Positions 10,422 to 19,284 of a DNA stretch of 58,728 bases are shown here, piece by piece. Source of the stretch: Eubacteriales bacterium (GTDB lineage: Bacteria; Bacillota; Clostridia; Oscillospirales; CAG-272); NCBI GenBank assembly GCA_045657225.1, contig JAZOSR010000082.1, positions 1 through 58,728 on the forward strand, read 5' to 3'. Both the position numbers and the translations under genes were made by a program. The first letter of the stretch is position 1. Each line of letters starts with the position of its first letter. Below the pieces are notes generated by a model. The model worked only from the letters and a program-made list of their open reading frames with translations. It made no database searches and had not been told where the DNA came from.

Positions 10422-10534
10422 TGTAAAACCTCCAAGTTTTGTCTTATATAAATTTATTATACTAAACTTTTTTATAAATAGCAATAGGCGCACGAGAAAT
10501 TTCTCCTCCTTTTCGGTGCAATATTCAAAAAATC

Positions 10535-10563
10535 TTGAAAACAGGCGATCAATGTGGTATAAT
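10535..10563 (+). promoter_or_regulatory. sigma-A type promoter (TTGAAA-17-TATAAT, TG-extended)
   Basis: Hexamers at 10535-10540 and 10558-10563, upstream of the ORF starting at 10593. Confidence 0.6.
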
Positions 10564-10592
10564 TTACGTAAACAACCGCAAAGGAGAGCTCC

Positions 10593-11141
10593 ATGCAAGA
10601 ATTTGTTACCTACGAAATCGCAAGACCGCAAAAAATCGAGGGAAAATGGATCTTAGCGCGCATCGCATTGATCCTTTTTTACGTTGCTTTTGTCACCGCG
10701 ATACTGATCGCGGGATTTATCACGCGTATTTTGTGGCCCCTGCTTGCTCTGATTCCCATTTCGCTTTGGGTGCTCATTTTCATCACGTGGCGATACGTAA
10801 GTGTTGAGCATGAATATTCCGCCACCTCCGGCACGCTCACGTATTCGAAAATATACGGAAACAGATCACGCCGCCGTGTGCTTGATATTACGTTAAAGGA
10901 CGCCGTGTATATTGCGCCCCTTTCCTTCTCCCTACATCGCGATTTTGCACAGCATTATCAACCCGAACGTGAATTTTCCGCCATTTCCTCGGCGCGTTCC
11001 GATAACGTTTGGTTTATTTTATTTGAGCTTGGCGCCAAAACAAACAAAGAAAAGCGCCGCGCGATATTCTATTTTGAACCCGACGAAAAGCTGCTTCGCA
11101 TTTGCCGTTATTACAACCCCAGCAACACCCATTTTCGCTAA
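10593..11141 (+). CDS. hypothetical membrane protein
   Basis: 182 aa with two adjacent TM helices near the N-terminus and an AAGGAGAG SD. I do not recognise the family with confidence. Confidence 0.6.
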   Translation: MQEFVTYEIARPQKIEGKWILARIALILFYVAFVTAILIAGFITRILWPLLALIPISLWVLIFITWRYVSVEHEYSATSGTLTYSKIYGNRSRRRVLDITLKDAVYIAPLSFSLHRDFAQHYQPEREFSAISSARSDNVWFILFELGAKTNKEKRRAIFYFEPDEKLLRICRYYNPSNTHFR

Positions 11142-11186
11142 TTAACCCCCAAACGGTATAAAAAGCGCTACATCAAAGGAGCATTT

Positions 11187-13049
11187 ATGAACCATCAAAC
11201 AAAGGTCGCCGTCATCGGCGCGGGACATGCAGGAATCGAAGCGGCGCTCGCCGCCGCGCGCATGGGCGTTGATACGGTGCTTTTCACCATTTCTCTTGAA
11301 GCAATCGCCAATATGCCCTGCAACCCTTCTATCGGCGGCACGGCAAAAGGACATCTTGTCTACGAGATCGACGCACTTGGGGGCGAAATGGGCAAGGCGG
11401 CAGACGTTGTTACCCTTCAATCACGCACCCTCAATCTCGGAAAGGGCGCGGCAGTCCATTCCAAGCGCGTGCAAGCAGATCGCAAGCTCTATCAAGCCTA
11501 TATGAAATCCGTGCTTGAAAAAACGGAGCACCTACGCCTCATACAAGCGGAGATCGTTTCGGTTAAGAAAGAAAACGGCTGTGTCGTTGGCGTTACCACG
11601 CATCTCGGTGAATATTGGGAATGTGAGTGTGTCATCGTTGCCGCGGGTACGTACCTTGAAAGTCGCATATTTATCGGCGATGTTAATTACGAGGCAGGAC
11701 CCGATGGATTTTTGTCCTCACGCGGTCTTTCCGCCTCGCTTGCCGACATCGGCGTGCCGCTCCGCCGCTTTAAAACGGGCACCCCTGCCCGTATCAATCG
11801 CCGCTCGGTCGATTGCTCACAGCTTGAGCGCCAAGACGGTGAATCCAATCCCCTCCCCTACTCCACAGATACCCCCGAAAATTACATGGAGGGGGTCGAT
11901 CAGCTCCCCTGCTACACGGTATACACGAATGAAAGCACCCACACCATAATCCGCGAAAATCTACACCGTTCCGCCATGTATGGCGGTCATATCCACGGAA
12001 CGGGCCCCCGCTATTGCCCCTCCATTGAAGATAAGATCATGCGCTTTGCCGACAAGGAGCGCCACCAGCTCTTTCTTGAGCCGATCGGCAGGGATACCGA
12101 CGAGCTTTATCTGCAGGGCTTTTCCACCTCAATGCCCACCGACGTACAGGAGAAAATGCTGCACACGCTCCCCGGATTTGAGCGCGCGGAGATGATGCGC
12201 TATGCCTATGCGATCGAATATGATTGCTGCGATCCCACGGCACTCGGTGCTACGCTTGAATTCAAGGAGATCAAGGGACTATTCGGCGCAGGACAGTTTA
12301 ACGGAACGTCGGGATACGAGGAAGCCGCCGCGCAAGGCTTGCTCGCGGGCATGAACGCCGCACTCAAAATTTTAGGAAAAGAGCCTGTTATTCTACCCCG
12401 TTCCTCCTCTTATCTCGGCACGTTGGTTGACGATCTTATCATAAAAGGCACCAACGAGCCCTACCGTATGATGACATCGCGCTCCGAATACCGTTTGCTG
12501 TTACGGCAAGACAACGCCGATGCACGCCTTACCCCTATTGGTTACAAGGTTGGGCTTGTGAACGAGGCCCATTATAAGGCATTTTTAGAAAAGCAAGCGC
12601 ATATCAAAGAAGAAATCGCCCGTCTGCACGCCACGCACCTATCCCCAGCGCGTGCCAATCCCGTACTCGAGGGCCTTTCCCAAACACCCATCTCGTCAGG
12701 CGCCTCCCTCGCGGATCTTTTGCGCCGCCCCGCTCTTTCCTACCGCGACCTTGCCCCCCTCGACAACGATCGCCCCGTATTGACAAGAAGCGAGCAATTG
12801 TCTGTTGAGGTTCAAATCAAGTACGAAGGCTATATAGACCGCCAAATTGCTGAAGTTTCAAGGCATGAAAGGTTAGAGTCAAGAATGTTGCCGAACACCC
12901 TTGACTATCATGAGATCAAAGGACTTCGTATTGAAGCGATACAAAAGCTTTCCAAAATAAAGCCCCAAACGGTAGGACAAGCCGCACGTATCAGCGGTGT
13001 GAGCCCTGCAGATATTTCCGTACTACTGATCCATCTTGGAATTCGCTAA
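11187..13049 (+). CDS. mnmG: tRNA uridine 5-carboxymethylaminomethyl modification enzyme MnmG (GidA)
   Basis: 620 aa, with VIGAGHAGIEAALAAARMG (FAD fold) and NPSIGGTAKGHLVYEIDALGG blocks. Confidence 0.95.
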   Translation: MNHQTKVAVIGAGHAGIEAALAAARMGVDTVLFTISLEAIANMPCNPSIGGTAKGHLVYEIDALGGEMGKAADVVTLQSRTLNLGKGAAVHSKRVQADRKLYQAYMKSVLEKTEHLRLIQAEIVSVKKENGCVVGVTTHLGEYWECECVIVAAGTYLESRIFIGDVNYEAGPDGFLSSRGLSASLADIGVPLRRFKTGTPARINRRSVDCSQLERQDGESNPLPYSTDTPENYMEGVDQLPCYTVYTNESTHTIIRENLHRSAMYGGHIHGTGPRYCPSIEDKIMRFADKERHQLFLEPIGRDTDELYLQGFSTSMPTDVQEKMLHTLPGFERAEMMRYAYAIEYDCCDPTALGATLEFKEIKGLFGAGQFNGTSGYEEAAAQGLLAGMNAALKILGKEPVILPRSSSYLGTLVDDLIIKGTNEPYRMMTSRSEYRLLLRQDNADARLTPIGYKVGLVNEAHYKAFLEKQAHIKEEIARLHATHLSPARANPVLEGLSQTPISSGASLADLLRRPALSYRDLAPLDNDRPVLTRSEQLSVEVQIKYEGYIDRQIAEVSRHERLESRMLPNTLDYHEIKGLRIEAIQKLSKIKPQTVGQAARISGVSPADISVLLIHLGIR

Positions 13050-13082
13050 CTTTATCGGCATTTCAAAGGAGTTTTTTATAAG

Positions 13083-13811
13083 ATGAACTATCAAGAGTTT
13101 TATGATGAATTAAATACCGTTATGGCACTAAATAATATGTCGCACCTCCTTGACGAATGCAAGTCAAGTAAGTTCTACTTTCTGATGCAGCATATGCTGG
13201 AGGTCAATAAAAGCATGAATTTAACGGCAATTAAGGATGAAAAAGCAATTCTTGCCCTTCACTTTGCCGATTCGCTTACCGTAGCTGATTTTTTGCCCGA
13301 AAATGCCAAAATTATTGACGTTGGGTGCGGCGCAGGCTTTCCTTCCCTGCCGCTTGGCATTGCAAGACCCGATCTTACCATTACAGCGCTTGATAGCACC
13401 GCAAAACGCATCAAATACGTGCAGGACACGGCAAAATTGCTTGAGATCCCTCATTTCGAGGCAATTGCCACACGCGCGGAGGACGCAGGCAAGGGAAAAT
13501 ACCGCGAAAGCTTTGATTTTGCAACCGCGCGAGCGGTTGCGGCACTTCCCGTCCTTTCTGAGCTCTGCTTGCCATTGGTAAAATGCGGCGGCAGCTTTAT
13601 TGCCATGAAAGCAAAGCGCGGCGAAGCCGAGCTCGCCGACGCAGAACGCGCGATCGAGCGGCTTGGCGGCAAGATCAAGGAGATCAAAAGCATATCACTG
13701 CAAGGCACCGGAGAAAACGAGGAGCGCCTGCTGATTGAAATCAAAAAGATCAAAAAAACGCCGCCGGAGTTCCCGCGCCATTTCGCCAAGATCACAAAAA
13801 AACCTCTTTGA
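13083..13811 (+). CDS. rsmG: 16S rRNA (guanine527-N7)-methyltransferase RsmG (GidB)
   Basis: 242 aa, with MNLTAIKDEKAILALHFADS ... IIDVGCGAGFPSLPLGI (SAM motif), directly after mnmG. Confidence 0.9.
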   Translation: MNYQEFYDELNTVMALNNMSHLLDECKSSKFYFLMQHMLEVNKSMNLTAIKDEKAILALHFADSLTVADFLPENAKIIDVGCGAGFPSLPLGIARPDLTITALDSTAKRIKYVQDTAKLLEIPHFEAIATRAEDAGKGKYRESFDFATARAVAALPVLSELCLPLVKCGGSFIAMKAKRGEAELADAERAIERLGGKIKEIKSISLQGTGENEERLLIEIKKIKKTPPEFPRHFAKITKKPL

Positions 13812-13857
13812 TGATTCTTGGCAAAAAGGACTTTCGTTACACGCAGAACAAACAAAA

Positions 13858-13885
13858 GCACCTCGAGCTTTCGGGGTGCTTTTTA
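13858..13885 (+). terminator. rho-independent terminator after rsmG
   Basis: GCACCTCG-agcttt-CGGGGTGC stem followed by TTTTT. Confidence 0.65.
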
Positions 13886-14142
13886 CTTTACCGCGCGTTG
13901 GCGCTCTTTTGCAATCGCTTCGCGCCTTTTCCTTTTTTGCACACACATACCAAAACAAAAACGAGCAAAATCTAAATTTCTCAACGTAAGACCTATATAA
14001 AACGCATTTTTCACGCGCAAAGCCCACACTTTACCATAATTTCCCATTTTTGTTGCATAATTCCCATTTTTTGCCATTTTTAAATGACATTTTTCTCTCA
14101 TATGCCGTGATATAATAGAGAAAAAAGAAAAGGAGGCAAAAA

Positions 14143-15054
14143 ATGAACAGCTATTCGACGTTTCAAAGCGAAAATTCCGCCCTAATCGAAGCAAAACAAG
14201 CGCCCGTACACATCACACTTGATCAAATTAGCCGCCAACAACAGCCAAAAGCACAAAAATTAAGGACAAATGCCATGATCAGGCTTTCAAAATCAATACA
14301 AAAATACGGAATTTTAACTCCAATTGACGTAAAACCCATCATGGATCGCAATGGTTATCTGCTATATGAGGTACTAGACGGCAACAAACGGGTGGAGGCG
14401 GCAGAATCCATCGGATTGCAGCGCATTCCCTGCAGGATTTTATCCCCCAACGACCCAAAATATGCCCAAAACATGGCTATTTCCCACTTAAAGCAGGAGA
14501 AATTGCACTTTTTTGACCATGCAAAAGCCTACCGTGAGCTGATCAACCGCTACCATATGACACAGGAGGAGATCGCCTCAAGGCTTGGTTTTTCACAATC
14601 CGCCATCGCAAACAAGCTCCGATTACTGCAATATTCGGAGGAAGAACAGCTCAAAATCAAGCAATTGGCACTGTCAGAACGGCACGCAAGGGCGCTTTTG
14701 CAGTTGAAATCGCCTCAAGAACGCGCTATTTTGGCAGAAAAGATCGCCGAGGACGGTCTAACGGTAAGCGAAACCGAAAAAATAATCAAGAAAACAACCG
14801 AGGAAAGCATAACACCCTCCTCCTCTCCCCTCCCCTCAACAAGCAATTTTGCACCAATATACAAGCCAATCCCCACACAAGAAGGCTTTTTACCCAAGAA
14901 ATTTGCGCTGCGTGACCTTACGCCCCTCTATAATTCCATAGAAAGAGTTCTCGGAATCTTTCAAAAAACAGGTGTGCAGGTCGGATATCTAAAAGAAGAG
15001 CGCGAAGATTCGGTAAATATCTCCATTCGCATCCCCAAACATAGCGAAATTTAA
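14143..15054 (+). CDS. noc: ParB/Spo0J-family protein, Noc-like (nucleoid occlusion protein homolog) with degenerate GERR box
   Basis: HTH block MTQEEIASRLGFSQSAIANKLRLLQ and C-terminal ...NISIRIPK resemble B. subtilis Noc. The position rsmG-noc-soj-spo0J is the conserved one. Box II reads DGNKRVEAA instead of AGERRxRA. Confidence 0.7.
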   Translation: MNSYSTFQSENSALIEAKQAPVHITLDQISRQQQPKAQKLRTNAMIRLSKSIQKYGILTPIDVKPIMDRNGYLLYEVLDGNKRVEAAESIGLQRIPCRILSPNDPKYAQNMAISHLKQEKLHFFDHAKAYRELINRYHMTQEEIASRLGFSQSAIANKLRLLQYSEEEQLKIKQLALSERHARALLQLKSPQERAILAEKIAEDGLTVSETEKIIKKTTEESITPSSSPLPSTSNFAPIYKPIPTQEGFLPKKFALRDLTPLYNSIERVLGIFQKTGVQVGYLKEEREDSVNISIRIPKHSEI

Positions 15055-15070
15055 CGTTTCACGTGAAACA
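15055..15070. promoter_or_regulatory. parS site 1 (CGTTTCACGTGAAACA)
   Basis: 15/16 match to the TGTTNCACGTGAAACA Spo0J/ParB centromere consensus. It begins right after the noc stop codon. Confidence 0.8.
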
Positions 15071-15106
15071 ATCCGCATTACCCACCCAATAAACCGCATA
15101 TAAAGC

Positions 15107-15122
15107 TGTTTCACGTGAAACA
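15107..15122. promoter_or_regulatory. parS site 2 (TGTTTCACGTGAAACA, perfect palindrome)
   Basis: Exact match to the parS consensus. Confidence 0.9.
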
Positions 15123-15199
15123 TCGATAATAGCCATCACCTTACTTACCACACACGGCGAGCGCTTGTTTGCAGCTTAAAAATTCCTGCAAATCTTCTT

Positions 15200-15215
15200 T
15201 GTTTCACGTGAAACA
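15200..15215. promoter_or_regulatory. parS site 3 (TGTTTCACGTGAAACA, perfect palindrome)
   Basis: Exact match to the parS consensus. Confidence 0.9.
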
Positions 15216-15268
15216 ATAACAACTCCAAACAAAATAGCCTCCGCTGTATTTGCCACGAAGTTATATTT

Positions 15269-15284
15269 TGTTCCACGTGAAACA
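15269..15284. promoter_or_regulatory. parS site 4 (TGTTCCACGTGAAACA)
   Basis: Identical to the B. subtilis parS consensus sequence. Confidence 0.9.
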
Positions 15285-15650
15285 CAAAAAACGCCGCAAA
15301 ACACCTTTTCAAGAGTCAAAAGCTTGTTTTGCGCAAATATCTCGCCATAAAAATCATGTTTTTACCAAATAACACATTTGAACAATCAACACCATATCCA
15401 TTTAAACAATAGCTTGCGAGAGAGAACCGCAAGTCATAAGTTGTCTGAACCGCCGATATTTCAGCAACGCGCAAAAGGGAACATCATATTTGCTTTTTAA
15501 CTGCGGCATATTCAATCAAAACGCAAAAGTGTCATAATAAAACTCACGCAAAGCCTCCATCGCCCCAAAAAGATCTTTGAGCGAGCCGAAGAATTGGAGA
15601 ATGTACTCACAGAAACCGCAGATCACCCGCGGCATACACACAAAATAAAA

Positions 15651-15693
15651 GCGCCCCCTGCGGAGAACCCGCAAAAAGGGGCGCTTGTTTTTT
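15651..15693. terminator. orphan bidirectional terminator-like hairpin inside the noc-soj spacer
   Basis: GCGCCCC...TGCGG-agaac-CCGCA...GGGGCGC followed by TTGTTTTTT on the plus strand. On the minus strand it is followed by TTTTATTTT. No annotated gene ends here. Confidence 0.5.
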
Positions 15694-16004
15694 ATCGCGC
15701 AGCATGTTATTGGCGACTTTTTACCCGTTTGCAAAGACAGGCACATTCAAACCGCGCCAAAACCTCAAATTCAATTCAATCCTTAACCCCAACAAGAGCA
15801 GGGAAGAGCCGAGCAAGGATAAATATCGGCACGCCAAAAGACAAGAATTACACCTCGCAAATCAAAAAAAACGCGCTTATGCACAAAAACCTCCAAATAT
15901 TTTTCGTTATCCTCCCATAGTGTTCCACCAATATACCGCGTTCTCTACGACCAGCAACAGCGGCACCGTGCGCAACAATACGCAAAAAAATTCGCAAAAG
16001 GGAC

Positions 16005-16033
16005 TTGCATATCTAATCCATTAATGTTATAAT
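16005..16033 (+). promoter_or_regulatory. candidate sigma-A promoter (TTGCAT-17-TATAAT) about 255 nt upstream of soj
   Basis: Hexamers at 16005-16010 and 16028-16033 with a 17-nt spacer. Confidence 0.5.
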
Positions 16034-16288
16034 AGATTAGTAATTATATAATTTAAAGGGCGGCACAGCACACCGCGCGCTCCCTCAGATCGCGGCAACG
16101 CACTTTGGTATCGTGCGCGGATCTGTTTCACACGATTTATCACGCCGACTTTTATCAAAAGGATCTATCAACAAACCAATCTTTGGTGTTTTGTTGACAA
16201 CTTAACAACATATCAACAATTTGTTTCGTATTAACTTTGGGCTTTTTTAAGAGTGTCCACAAAATTTAAAGAAAGGAGGGTGTCAATA

Positions 16289-17050
16289 TTGGGAAGGATC
16301 ATTGCATTTGCCAATCAAAAGGGTGGCGTAGGAAAAACCACATCAGCCGTCAATACCGCCGCCGCACTCGGATTTCTCGGCTATGACACGCTCCTTATTG
16401 ACCTTGACGCGCAGGGAAGTGCCACCGCCGCAGTAGGTGTGCGCAAGCGCGGACTTCGCTTCACGGTGCGCGACGTGTTGGTAGGCGGCTGCTGCGCGGA
16501 GGATGCCGTTGTCGCAACGGACTTCAAAAAGCTTGATCTTATTCCCGCAAACATATCTCTCGCGGGTGCGGAATTCGACCTGCTTGACGGTGATGATGCG
16601 ACCGATTATTTAAAAAACGCGCTTGCCGACATCCGTTATCGATACGACTTTATCGTCATCGATTGCCCACCCTCGCTCGGCATGCTCACCATCAACGCGC
16701 TGACCGCCGCCGACGGCGTTATTATCCCGATGCAATGCGAATATTTCGCGCTTGAGGGTCTTACCCAGCTTTCCGCAACAATTACAAAAATCAAAAAGCG
16801 CTACAACCCCCGCCTTTATCTTTCGGGCATTCTCGTCACCATGTACAACCCGCGCCTGTCGCTCTCCACGCAAGTGATGGAGGAATTAAAGACGCATTAC
16901 GGCGACCGTGTGTTTCAAACGACGATCAACCGAAACGTCAAGCTTTGCGAAGCGCCCAGCTTCGGCAAGCCGATCATTTATTATGACAAAAACGCCAAAG
17001 GCGCACAAAATTACCTGCAGCTCGCCAAAGAGCTTCTTGAGCGGGCATAG
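16289..17050 (+). CDS. soj: ParA-family chromosome partitioning ATPase Soj
   Basis: (M)GRIIAFANQKGGVGKTTSAVN is a deviant Walker A motif. I chose the TTG start at 16289, 8 nt after AAAGGAGGG. The ORF-track GTG at 16253 lies upstream of the SD. Confidence 0.9.
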   Translation: MGRIIAFANQKGGVGKTTSAVNTAAALGFLGYDTLLIDLDAQGSATAAVGVRKRGLRFTVRDVLVGGCCAEDAVVATDFKKLDLIPANISLAGAEFDLLDGDDATDYLKNALADIRYRYDFIVIDCPPSLGMLTINALTAADGVIIPMQCEYFALEGLTQLSATITKIKKRYNPRLYLSGILVTMYNPRLSLSTQVMEELKTHYGDRVFQTTINRNVKLCEAPSFGKPIIYYDKNAKGAQNYLQLAKELLERA

Positions 17051-17091
17051 TTTTGGCAAATTTTGGCAAAACATATAAAGGAGAGAAAATC

Positions 17092-17985
17092 ATGGCTAAA
17101 AAACAAAGTGCTCTCGGCAAAAACTTTTATTCCATCATGGACGACAACATTATGGATATGAAGGAGGGCGCCGCGACCACGCTCCGTATCTCGGAAATTG
17201 AGCCGCGCGGCGATCAACCGCGTAAGCAATTTGACAGGGAAGCGCTTGAGGCGCTTGCTGATTCGATTGCGGCGTATGGCGTGCTGCAGCCTATCCTGGT
17301 GCGCCCCAATCCCAATTTCGAGGGCAATTACGAGATCGTGGCAGGCGAGCGCCGCTGGCGCGCCTCCAAGATGGCAGGTCTTACCGAGATCCCCGCAATC
17401 GTCCTTGACGGCGACGACCTTAAGACCGCCCAGATCGCACTGATCGAAAACGTGCAACGCGAGGACCTTAACCCCGTGGAAGAAGCCTTCGGCTACCGCG
17501 CCCTCATTGAGCGCTTTGACATGACGCAGGAGGAGGTTGCCAAGCAGGTCGGCAAGTCACGCCCTGCCATTGCCAACATGCTCCGCTTGCTCGATCTACC
17601 TGACCAGGTGCTTGACCTTTTGAAGGACGGCGACATTTCAGCAGGTCACGCACGTGCGCTCCTCGGTCTTAAGGACGAGGCGCTTATCCCTCTGCTTGCA
17701 AGACGCATTGTCACCAAGGACCTTTCCGTACGCGAAACCGAAGCGATCGTCAAGCGCGAAAACGCAGAAAAGCGCGCCGAGCCCGACGACATTGAGGGAA
17801 GCACGCAAAACCGCGTTTGGATGAAGGATCTTGAGCGCCGCGCAAGAGAGGCACTGGGACAAAAGGTCAAGATCACCCAAAACGACAAGAAACGCTCAAT
17901 TGAAATTTTTTACGATGATGAAAACACGCTCGAGGAGCTTTTGATCGCACTTTGCGGCAAGGAGCTGTTTGACGAAGAAGCATAA
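17092..17985 (+). CDS. spo0J: ParB-family chromosome partitioning protein Spo0J
   Basis: Canonical blocks [27 protein letters not shown] and [27 protein letters not shown] at 17092 follows an AAGGAGAG SD. Confidence 0.9.
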   Translation: MAKKQSALGKNFYSIMDDNIMDMKEGAATTLRISEIEPRGDQPRKQFDREALEALADSIAAYGVLQPILVRPNPNFEGNYEIVAGERRWRASKMAGLTEIPAIVLDGDDLKTAQIALIENVQREDLNPVEEAFGYRALIERFDMTQEEVAKQVGKSRPAIANMLRLLDLPDQVLDLLKDGDISAGHARALLGLKDEALIPLLARRIVTKDLSVRETEAIVKRENAEKRAEPDDIEGSTQNRVWMKDLERRAREALGQKVKITQNDKKRSIEIFYDDENTLEELLIALCGKELFDEEA

Positions 17986-17999
17986 GAAAGGATACCGCT

Positions 18000-19283
18000 A
18001 TGTTAGACATTAAGCAAATCAAAGAAAACCCCGAAGAATACAAGGCTCGTCTTGCCACCCGCCAGAAGAGCTACGACGCAGAGATCGACCGCCTGCTGGA
18101 GCTTGACGTTGCGCGCCGCGCACTGATCACCGACACCGAGCAGAAAAAGGCAGAGCAAAACCGCATCTCCAAGAGCATTCCCATGCTGAAAAAGGAGGGC
18201 AAGGACGTTGCCCCCATTTTCGCGCAAATGAAGGAGCTTTCGGACACAGTCAAGGCAGACAACGAAAAGATCGGCGAGATCGACACGGAGATCACGAACA
18301 TTCTCCTCTCGATCCCGAACGCCCCGAACGCCAAGGCACCGATCGGCAAGGATGATAAGGACAACGCAGAGATCCGCCGTTGGGGCGAGCCTCGCGCGTT
18401 TGAATTTGAGCCCAAGGCACACTGGGATATCGGTCGCGACCTCGGCATTCTCGATCCCGATACCGCCGCCAAGGTCACGGGCGCACGCTTCCATTTCTAC
18501 CGCGGCAAGGGCTCTCGTCTTGAGCGCGCTATCATCAACTATTTCCTTGATACCCACACCGATCACGGCTACACCGAGATCTTCCCGCCCTACATGGTCA
18601 ACCGTGACTCAATGCGCGGCACGGGTCAGCTCCCCAAGTTTGAGGAGGATGCATTCCGCGTTGCCAACAACGACTTCTTCCTGATCCCGACGGCGGAGGT
18701 GCCTGTTACCAACATGCACCGCGACGATATTCTTGACGGCGCCAAGCTCCCGATCTCCTACTGCGCATACTCGGCTTGCTTCCGCGCAGAGGCAGGCTCG
18801 GCGGGTCGCGACACGAGAGGTCTGATTCGTCAGCACCAGTTCAATAAAGTAGAGCTTGTCAAGTTCACCACGCCCGAAACCTCCTACGACGAGCTTGAAA
18901 AGCTCACAAACGACGCCGAGCGCGTTCTGCAGGGTCTTGGACTGCCTTACCGTGTTGTACGCCTTTCTACGGGCGATCTTGGCTTCTCCAGCGCCATGAC
19001 CTACGACATCGAGGTCTTTATGCCCTCCTACAACAGATACGTTGAGATCTCCTCCTGCTCCGACTTTGAGGATTACCAGGCACGCCGCGCGAACATCCGC
19101 TTCCGTGAGACCCAGAAGGACAAGCCCCGCCTTGTTCACACCCTCAACGGCTCGGGTGTTGCCGTTGGTCGTACCGTTGCCGCTATTCTTGAGAATTATC
19201 AGAATGCCGACGGCACCGTCACGATTCCCGAGGCACTGCGCCCCTACATGGGCATGGACGTGATCACGCCCGAGGAGCTTTAA
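18000..19283 (+). CDS. serS: serine--tRNA ligase
   Basis: 427 aa with the N-terminal coiled coil [18 protein letters not shown], class II motifs ([25 protein letters not shown]) and [18 protein letters not shown]. Confidence 0.95.
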   Translation: MLDIKQIKENPEEYKARLATRQKSYDAEIDRLLELDVARRALITDTEQKKAEQNRISKSIPMLKKEGKDVAPIFAQMKELSDTVKADNEKIGEIDTEITNILLSIPNAPNAKAPIGKDDKDNAEIRRWGEPRAFEFEPKAHWDIGRDLGILDPDTAAKVTGARFHFYRGKGSRLERAIINYFLDTHTDHGYTEIFPPYMVNRDSMRGTGQLPKFEEDAFRVANNDFFLIPTAEVPVTNMHRDDILDGAKLPISYCAYSACFRAEAGSAGRDTRGLIRQHQFNKVELVKFTTPETSYDELEKLTNDAERVLQGLGLPYRVVRLSTGDLGFSSAMTYDIEVFMPSYNRYVEISSCSDFEDYQARRANIRFRETQKDKPRLVHTLNGSGVAVGRTVAAILENYQNADGTVTIPEALRPYMGMDVITPEEL

Positions 19284-19284
19284 G

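Noticed and set aside
15516-16024. Three ORFs of 76-108 aa in the noc-soj spacer.
   Set aside because: They are low-complexity and lack an SD. One runs straight through the terminator hairpin. The composition looks non-coding.
16124-16139. A possible fifth parS site (TGTTTCACACGATTTA).
   Set aside because: Only the left half-site matches and the right arm is unrelated. I treat it as a chance or decayed half-site.
17051-17070. Tandem repeat TTTTGGCAAA x2 between soj and spo0J.
   Set aside because: It has only two short copies in a 41-nt intergenic gap and no symmetry. I see no basis for a function beyond spacer sequence.
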